A stretch of 64,000 bases of DNA from an uncultured virus (IMG/VR IMGVR_UViG_2852342079_000003). Its lineage: Duplodnaviria > Heunggongvirae > Uroviricota > Caudoviricetes. The position numbers and the translations under genes are program-made. The first letter of the stretch is position 1. Each line of letters opens with the position of its first letter. The stretch lies in the IMG/VR virus record IMGVR_UViG_2852342079_000003. One strand, written 5' to 3'. Below are positions 58,346 to 64,000 of this stretch, piece after piece. A model generated the notes under the pieces. It was not told where the DNA came from. It ran no database searches and was given only the letters and a program-made list of their open reading frames with translations.

Positions 58346-58720
58346 CTAATTAATGGCTTTTAATTTCCCGTCGGGCCGACCTTGCAAAGAAAATAATTGA
58401 CCTCGATCTTCTTGCATAATGGTCAACTTGCCACCTTTACCTACGTACATAGGTGTTTTGGTGGTATCTTCCTCAGTCCGTTTTCCTCTAGGTGTTGGTG
58501 CAGAGAATTTAAGCTTATGAGTTATTTCAACTCGTTTTTCTTCCATTGAATTACTAAGGCGAGCAAAATCTAATTCAATAGTGACTTTGCCTTTTCCACC
58601 ATTATTTAAAACGCCTAAAGCCACATCATTTAAAACAGCAGAGACTTTATTTTCAAAAACGCCAGCGTCCAATTCGGAAAGAAAGTCAGGGACATTTGTC
58701 TTACGATCTTCTTGGCTCAT
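58346..58720 (-). CDS. YfdP-like phage protein
   Basis: TNVPDFLSELDAGVFE, PTPRGK..EED...TPMYV.KGGKL. Confidence 0.7.
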   Translation of the reverse strand: MSQEDRKTNVPDFLSELDAGVFENKVSAVLNDVALGVLNNGGKGKVTIELDFARLSNSMEEKRVEITHKLKFSAPTPRGKRTEEDTTKTPMYVGKGGKLTIMQEDRGQLFSLQGRPDGKLKAIN

Positions 58721-59015
58721 TTCTATAACCTCATGTTATCTTTTCACACAATAAGAAAGGGCACTAGCGAGTTGATACAACCCGGATAAGACATTTCACA
58801 AATAATGCCAGTACCCTTACTTATTGTTAGATTTGATAAAATGGCTGACTGAGCAGAACATTATCACCACAACCCCTTTTAATGGTAAAAGACTCAGCCA
58901 GCCATTGTTTCTCTTCACACGTTCTCTTCACACTTCAAATATTGTGCCTGATTATTTTCCACCTCAGGCGGTGGTGGTATTCTTGGAAGCTCCTACACAA
59001 CCAAGAGATAATAAA

Positions 59016-59510
59016 ATGTCTAATTTTGATAGAGACCTACAATTTAAAATTTTAGAGTTAGCTGTGAATGATTATCCCAATCAAATAGATGATGGCAATG
59101 TACCTCCAGAACTCTATGAAATAGATAATAAAAAACTATGTGCTAATATTGCTTACCTCCAAGAAGAAGGATTAATTACTGGTGGTGTCGAAATGTACAT
59201 GGATGGCCCCGAAGCCGATTTTGCTTTTATTAAGGCAACATATAAAGCCATAATCCTTTTAAGTGAAGAAGGTAGTATATCTGCACCATTAAATCTTATT
59301 ACTGTAAAATTACATGACGATACACTAACCGCCATTCGTGAATACATAAACCAAACTATCTCTGACCCAGAAGAAAGGAGAGGATATCTGCAGCGCTTAA
59401 AAGAGCTTCCCGCTGACGCCACAAAACACATCGTGCTTCAACTATTGGGTAAGGGACTGAATCAGATACCGGACGCAGTTCAGTGGCTACAAACAGTGCT
59501 CCGTTCTTAA
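59016..59510 (+). CDS. Hypothetical protein antisense to left operon (moron, possible wHTH)
   Basis: FDRDLQ..IL, ANIAYLQEEGLI, ITVKLHDDT, LKELPADATKH. Confidence 0.65.
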   Translation: MSNFDRDLQFKILELAVNDYPNQIDDGNVPPELYEIDNKKLCANIAYLQEEGLITGGVEMYMDGPEADFAFIKATYKAIILLSEEGSISAPLNLITVKLHDDTLTAIREYINQTISDPEERRGYLQRLKELPADATKHIVLQLLGKGLNQIPDAVQWLQTVLRS

Positions 59511-59679
59511 CAAACTCAGATTCTTCACTATGTTTTACAAATTTAATCCAACCGATGGTTTCGTGTAGCTCTAACCAAAAGTCTTCATGGATATTGTCGG
59601 TTGACAGAGTTAGCGCGTTCTTATGAAAGACTAAGGCATAGATTTTGATGTTTTGTTTTTCATTAGTAATATTACTCAC
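59356..59679 (-). CDS. Hypothetical protein
   Basis: GTG start after GGAGG; overlaps convergent gene. Confidence 0.45.
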   Translation of the reverse strand: MSNITNEKQNIKIYALVFHKNALTLSTDNIHEDFWLELHETIGWIKFVKHSEESEFVKNGALFVATELRPVSDSVPYPIVEARCVLWRQREALLSAADILSFLLGQR

Positions 59680-59722
59680 GCTAATTTCCCTCCACACAAT
59701 TGATTCTCTTCACACATAAAAA

Positions 59723-59926
59723 TCATTTACTTTGTATCTGAATAGCGCTTTTACTGATGTACTCTGCTATTTCGGCATCTAGCTTTTTTACATCGCTCAT
59801 TAGTCTTTCTCGCTTACCGTGTAAAACAGGGAGATAATCTATGCACTGCAACTTGTCCCTCATCCACTTTTCGATATCTTCATTAGTGAAACCATCTGGC
59901 GCTATGATTATTGGTTCAGTTGTCAT
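59723..59926 (-). CDS. First gene of prophage 2 left operon, hypothetical
   Basis: AGGAG RBS just downstream of operators. Confidence 0.6.
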   Translation of the reverse strand: MTTEPIIIAPDGFTNEDIEKWMRDKLQCIDYLPVLHGKRERLMSDVKKLDAEIAEYISKSAIQIQSK

Positions 59927-59934
59927 GATAACTC

Positions 59935-60003
59935 CTAAGCTTCGTTAGTTATAAATCTAAGATAACTTAGATGTTATGTCAATACAAATCTAAAATAAAT
60001 TAG
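59935..60003. promoter_or_regulatory. Prophage 2 OL operators
   Basis: CTAAGCTTCGTTAG, CTAAGATAACTTAG, CTAAAATAAATTAG 14-bp near-palindromes. Confidence 0.7.
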
Positions 60004-60021
60004 ATTTGTATGATGTGGAAT

Positions 60022-60654
60022 TTAGATTTCGTACTGTACACCCTTGACTACACCGACTATTTCACAATTTCCATTAATAGGAATATTTGGGTAGCGTGGG
60101 TTTAAAGGAGAAAGATATTTATTTGGACCATCAATAATGAGTTTTTTTATAGTAACTTCATCGCTTCCAGTAAGGCGTGCAACGACAATTTTACCATTTA
60201 TAACCTCAGCCTCAGGATCCACTATGACTTTAACACCTTCCGGGATTGATGGCATTCCTGATGGGTTGGTCATGGAATCCCCTTTAACATGAAGAGCAAA
60301 ACTTGATGGGGAAACCTTTATTGACGTTTCAATGTATTCCATTGTTTCATCATATATTTCTTTAGAAAGACATTCTGTAAATTTTCCCGCCTGAACATAA
60401 GAAAGCACAGGCAATCTCTTCATTGAGGTGATTATAGAATTATCATTTTGCTGTGATATACCATAAAGGATATAGGATTCAGTTGTATTGAAGAACTGAG
60501 CTAATTTAATTAAAGCTTCACCATTTGGTGAATTAAGATCTTTTTCCCAATAACCAACAGCAACACCAGATACTCCACAATACTTACCTAATTCATTCTG
60601 TGTTGTTTTTGTTGCCTGCCGAAGCTTTTTTATTCTGCTTCCCACTGTGTCCAT
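60022..60654 (-). CDS. cI: CI-like repressor (HTH plus S24 peptidase)
   Basis: HTH, VQAG cleavage site, VKGDSM, TIKKL. Confidence 0.92.
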   Translation of the reverse strand: MDTVGSRIKKLRQATKTTQNELGKYCGVSGVAVGYWEKDLNSPNGEALIKLAQFFNTTESYILYGISQQNDNSIITSMKRLPVLSYVQAGKFTECLSKEIYDETMEYIETSIKVSPSSFALHVKGDSMTNPSGMPSIPEGVKVIVDPEAEVINGKIVVARLTGSDEVTIKKLIIDGPNKYLSPLNPRYPNIPINGNCEIVGVVKGVQYEI

Positions 60655-60664
60655 CTTCTAATCC

Positions 60665-60742
60665 TAAGTTAGGTTATTACTAAGTTATCTTATTTTTTAT
60701 TGATAAAAGATAACTTATATCTTAATATCTAACATAACTTAC
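60665..60742. promoter_or_regulatory. Prophage 2 OR operators
   Basis: CTAAGTTATCTTAT, AAAGATAACTTAT, CTAACATAACTTAC matching the OL pattern. Confidence 0.7.
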
Positions 60743-60756
60743 ATTTGGAGGTGTTT

Positions 60757-60948
60757 ATGACGACACAAGAAGTAGAATCTTATTTCGGTGATGCTAATAA
60801 AGTCGCCACTTTTTTCAAAATAACCCCGGAAGCTTTTTATCAATGGAAAAAAAGACCTGGTCAATTAATACCAAAAAATAGGGCTATCGAGGCTGATTTG
60901 CTCACTAAAGGAGGTCTCAAATATAACCCTAACTTATACAAACAATAA
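60757..60948 (+). CDS. cro: Cro-like protein
   Basis: YFG..KVA.FF.ITP.A.YQW...IPK..A....T.GGLKY.P.LY. Confidence 0.85.
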   Translation: MTTQEVESYFGDANKVATFFKITPEAFYQWKKRPGQLIPKNRAIEADLLTKGGLKYNPNLYKQ

Positions 60949-61017
60949 CAAAGCTGTTTAAAGCAGTTAACTACAAGAATCTATCAATGGTGGTAGGAAA
61001 TGAATCACTCAATAAAA

Positions 61018-61449
61018 TTAACGTCGTTTAATAAAAACCATAAGGTTATTGATATTGGGGATCATCTCTGCAGGGTTCCTAATAACAGGATAAATCCAAT
61101 CGTTCTCATAAAGCTCATTGCTTTTAAGAGTATCAAAAAAGCTGTCTACGGCATGGTTATAGTTGTTGCATTGTCTTGTGGTCAAGTGAGGGCGCAAGGC
61201 TCTGAAGTCATCACGAGTGATGCGAGGCATGTCTCTTTTCCCGTCTTTACAATCGTCGAGGAATTTATCAAGAAGCAAGAACAACGGATCTGCAATGGCA
61301 TTGAATTCCTTTCTTTTGTCTCTTCTGCGAGCGAGGGAATGACCAAGCCAAGTTCCCAAGAAAAAGGAAAAAATAGCCCAAAAGAAAGTAATAAGACTGA
61401 GGCTGGTTTTGAGAAACGAGACCAAGTGACCCAAGAAGATATCGAGCAT
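61018..61449 (-). CDS. Membrane-anchored moron protein
   Basis: N-terminal TM followed by RRRDKRKEFN; antisense to the pR operon. Confidence 0.6.
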   Translation of the reverse strand: MLDIFLGHLVSFLKTSLSLITFFWAIFSFFLGTWLGHSLARRRDKRKEFNAIADPLFLLLDKFLDDCKDGKRDMPRITRDDFRALRPHLTTRQCNNYNHAVDSFFDTLKSNELYENDWIYPVIRNPAEMIPNINNLMVFIKRR

Positions 61450-61677
61450 GTTAAGTCATCCCTTATCGGTATGTTATTTGCGTCCTTAGTGATGATCCCA
61501 CTAGGGATAATGTTTAGCGAGTGTATTAGCCCACGAATATTAGCAAAACGTAAGCGCTGGATGAAGCTTCATGAGCTAAAAGCCAAACGGTTTTACCGGA
61601 ACAACCCAGGGAAGTATTACGTGATGCCACGCAAGACTTTTTGCCAATGGCTGTGGTTTTAATAAAGAGAGGTATTT

Positions 61678-62136
61678 ATGAGTAACCAATCAATAAAACA
61701 AGTAGTGAAAGAAATGTGTGAGGCAACAGCTGGTGGGCGTGAAGCGATGGCTGGGGCGTTGGGTTTATCTCTGACTTCATTCAATAACAAATTGTACGAG
61801 AAAAACGGCTGTCGTTCGTTTGATTTAAACGAGCTATTAGCGATGCAAGATATTTCTCAGACCGTTTTATTTGCTGAATTTGTCGCTCGTGAATCAAACC
61901 GCTTACTCGTGGACAGAATTAGCCCTGCAGATTTAGATCAGACAGAACTATTCACATTACGTAGCAATGTTGACGAAATGCAGGGGCGTTTAGCGTTATT
62001 GATGAAGGACAGCTTAGCTGACGGCGTTATTGATAACGAAGAAGAGCAGAAAATAAAAATGATGTTAGATGGATTAATTTCGCAGATCCGCACATTTATG
62101 AATGCATTTGTTTCGTTACATCAAAAGAGAAATTAA
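61678..62136 (+). CDS. YmfL-like regulatory protein
   Basis: GGREAMAGALG.S...FNN.LYEKNGCR.F, DGVID..E. Confidence 0.85.
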   Translation: MSNQSIKQVVKEMCEATAGGREAMAGALGLSLTSFNNKLYEKNGCRSFDLNELLAMQDISQTVLFAEFVARESNRLLVDRISPADLDQTELFTLRSNVDEMQGRLALLMKDSLADGVIDNEEEQKIKMMLDGLISQIRTFMNAFVSLHQKRN

Positions 62137-62223
62137 AGATGGCTATATCCAGAAAGGGTGAAGCCAACGATGTACGGTCGCTGGCTTCGGTTGCAAATTT
62201 CAATTGTGTGAAGAGAAATTAGC

Positions 62224-62433
62224 ATGAGTAGATTAGCGCATTTAGTACCTAAAAAGCAATTCCGATGTTTACCTGTCTCAGGTCGTCAGTCATTCCGCTA
62301 TGTAGAAATCATAGTCTCTGACGAACAACCAGACAACTACAAGAAATCTGCATGTTTGGTAGATAGACAGTCTCTTAAAAAGGCATGGGCTGATTTTTAT
62401 TTTTCAAGTGGAGAGCGGGACAATGAGCAATGA
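62224..62433 (+). CDS. Hypothetical protein
   Basis: Usual slot between ymfL and DUF4222. Confidence 0.5.
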   Translation: MSRLAHLVPKKQFRCLPVSGRQSFRYVEIIVSDEQPDNYKKSACLVDRQSLKKAWADFYFSSGERDNEQ

Positions 62434-62602
62434 GAACCCAAACCAACTTGATCGCTACTATAAAAATCACCGAGGTATCGTTGTTCATGTTGTTCGTTAT
62501 GACAGAGAAAAACAGCGCGTTATTTTTATGCTTGATGGTTGTGACGACCCACAGTGTGAACCTGTACAGCGTTTTAAAGAGAAGTACACACGTATTAAGT
62601 AA
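62423..62602 (+). CDS. DUF4222-like protein
   Basis: YKNHRG.VVHVVRYDR...RVIFM..G....C..PV..F. Confidence 0.75.
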   Translation: MSNENPNQLDRYYKNHRGIVVHVVRYDREKQRVIFMLDGCDDPQCEPVQRFKEKYTRIK

Positions 62603-62614
62603 TGAGGTGGCAAG

Positions 62615-63676
62615 ATGAGTTTATTATTACTAAAAAGTCGCCCTTTAGTCGTTATTCCTGAATTAGCGGTACGCCTTGGTTTAAATGAGGCGATGCTGTT
62701 ACAGCAAATTCAATATTGGCTAACTGAAACCACTTCAGGTGTTGAATATGACGGCTCACGCTGGATTTATAACACAGTTGAGGAGTGGAAGAATCAATTT
62801 CCTTTTTTCTCTGAATCAACGATTAAACGTGCTTTTACTAATTTGAAAAAGCAGGGTGTTTTACGCATCGAGCAAATCAATAAATCGAACCATGACCGCA
62901 CTAATTATTATGCGATTAACTACGATCACCACTTGCTGACCGATGAGGTCAATATGACCCAATCGAATGGTGATAATTCATCTGATCGAACAGTTCAAAA
63001 TGACCTTATCGATAAGCGCAAATTGAAACCGTCAAACAGTTCAAAATGCGCTGTTCTGAACGGGTCAAAATGGCCTGATCTTACAGAGAATACAACAGAG
63101 ATTACTTCAGAGAGTACAACAGAGACTAACTCTTCTTGTCAGGTTCCTACTGAACCCGACAACGCTCCTGAAAAATTAATTTTGGATTATTTCAACAAGG
63201 TGACAAATTCCAAATATCGTGAAGGAAAAACAACAACCGGGCATATCAAGGCGCGATTAGCAGAAGGATTTACCTCTGAAGACTTGATATTAATTACGGA
63301 TTACCTGACAGCTAAATGGCAAAAAGATCCCAAGATGCGTGATTACTTACGCCCTAAAACATTATTTGTTCCTGAAAACTGTATTGAATACCAAGATAAA
63401 GCGATCAAATGGCGTGATGCAGGGCGCCCTGAATGTGTGAATGGTCGTTGGTTAAAGCCTGGAGAAGTTTCAGTGGAAATTAACACGGTTGAACGCGATG
63501 AAACTTTTAGAAAAATGTTCACCTCAGGCTGGAAACCTGAAAATCGTATTCAAGCATTAGCAGTCGAGCAAGCAAAGAAAAATGGTCTTGGTCGTATGAG
63601 TGAAGTTGCTGGTTTAGCTTCATTCCGTGGTATCTGGAAACAGGCGACAGAACAAGTTGCACTGGAGGCTCAGTGA
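62615..63676 (+). CDS. Phage replication initiator
   Basis: PELAVRLGLNEA..LQQ..YW, WIYNT..EW..QFPF, YLRPKTLF. Confidence 0.85.
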   Translation: MSLLLLKSRPLVVIPELAVRLGLNEAMLLQQIQYWLTETTSGVEYDGSRWIYNTVEEWKNQFPFFSESTIKRAFTNLKKQGVLRIEQINKSNHDRTNYYAINYDHHLLTDEVNMTQSNGDNSSDRTVQNDLIDKRKLKPSNSSKCAVLNGSKWPDLTENTTEITSESTTETNSSCQVPTEPDNAPEKLILDYFNKVTNSKYREGKTTTGHIKARLAEGFTSEDLILITDYLTAKWQKDPKMRDYLRPKTLFVPENCIEYQDKAIKWRDAGRPECVNGRWLKPGEVSVEINTVERDETFRKMFTSGWKPENRIQALAVEQAKKNGLGRMSEVAGLASFRGIWKQATEQVALEAQ

Positions 63677-64000
63677 TGATTGATTACGCACTGAAATTAC
63701 AGGAGTTAAAAAGCCAACCTGCTCATAAATTAAAAGAAATTGGTGACCAATGGCAATCACCAGATAACCTTTACTACGGTATTAACTCTAAATATGGACC
63801 GTTTACTTTAGATTTATTCACTGATGGTCAAAACAGTAAATGCCCGCATTTCTATACCGTTGAGGACAACGCACTCACTCAAGATTGGGCTGAAAAACTG
63901 AAAGAGATCGGCGGTTCAGCATTTGGCAATCCTCCTTACTCGCGTAGTTCATATCACGAAGGCCAGCCTTTAACAGGTGTTGGTCACATCATGAGTCATG
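63676..64000 (+). CDS. Phage N6-adenine DNA methyltransferase, partial, not in ORF track
   Basis: Translated by hand: GDQWQSPD, FTLDLF, EDNALTQDW, AFGNPPYSR. Confidence 0.88.
   Translation, partial: MIDYALKLQELKSQPAHKLKEIGDQWQSPDNLYYGINSKYGPFTLDLFTDGQNSKCPHFYTVEDNALTQDWAEKLKEIGGSAFGNPPYSRSSYHEGQPLTGVGHIMSH

Larger units (their letters stand above)
53005..64000. mobile_element. Prophage 2, left part, in direct tandem with prophage 1
   Basis: Second int/xis copy followed by a different early region, cI/cro and replication gene; runs off the window end. Confidence 0.9.

Noticed and set aside
58824..59015. N-terminal extension of the 228-aa ORF
   Set aside because: Runs through hairpins and repeats; ATG at 59016 after a promoter-like element is more plausible
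1..64000. CRISPR array, tRNA/rRNA, IS element, reverse transcriptase/DGR or tail-fibre invertase
   Set aside because: No regularly spaced repeat-spacer array, cloverleaf, transposase, RT or invertase motifs were seen by eye

Overview
AT-rich enterobacterial DNA, most likely Proteus mirabilis (inferred from a uca fimbrial operon with an mrpJ-type regulator). The window holds two lambdoid prophages in direct tandem. Prophage 1 (about 1-53000) looks nearly complete. In order it has int/xis, a recombination module (RecT, lambda-type exonuclease, SSB), an N-like gene, a Clp-fold serine protease in the rex position, cI/cro/cII, O-like initiator plus DnaB, a nin region, Q, lysis, head and siphovirus tail genes, a moron/antirepressor island before the tape measure gene, decayed side-fibre genes, the ucaABCDJ operon and a holE pseudogene. 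Prophage 2 (53084 to the window end) starts with an almost identical int/xis block but has unrelated immunity and replication modules (YfdQ/YfdR/YmfL type) and is cut off within an adenine methyltransferase gene. Highlights read from the sequence: (1) a complete lambda-style attP at the junction; (2) a -1 frameshift adding an Ig-like domain to the major capsid protein; (3) a protease plus small-peptide operon downstream of cI, a candidate defence system; (4) conserved linkers defining empty and filled gene slots in both left arms; (5) a pseudoknot-like element before antisense morons in both phages; (6) a transcript-oriented TGTGTGRAGAG repeat. All family calls come from motif recognition by eye; no searches were run.
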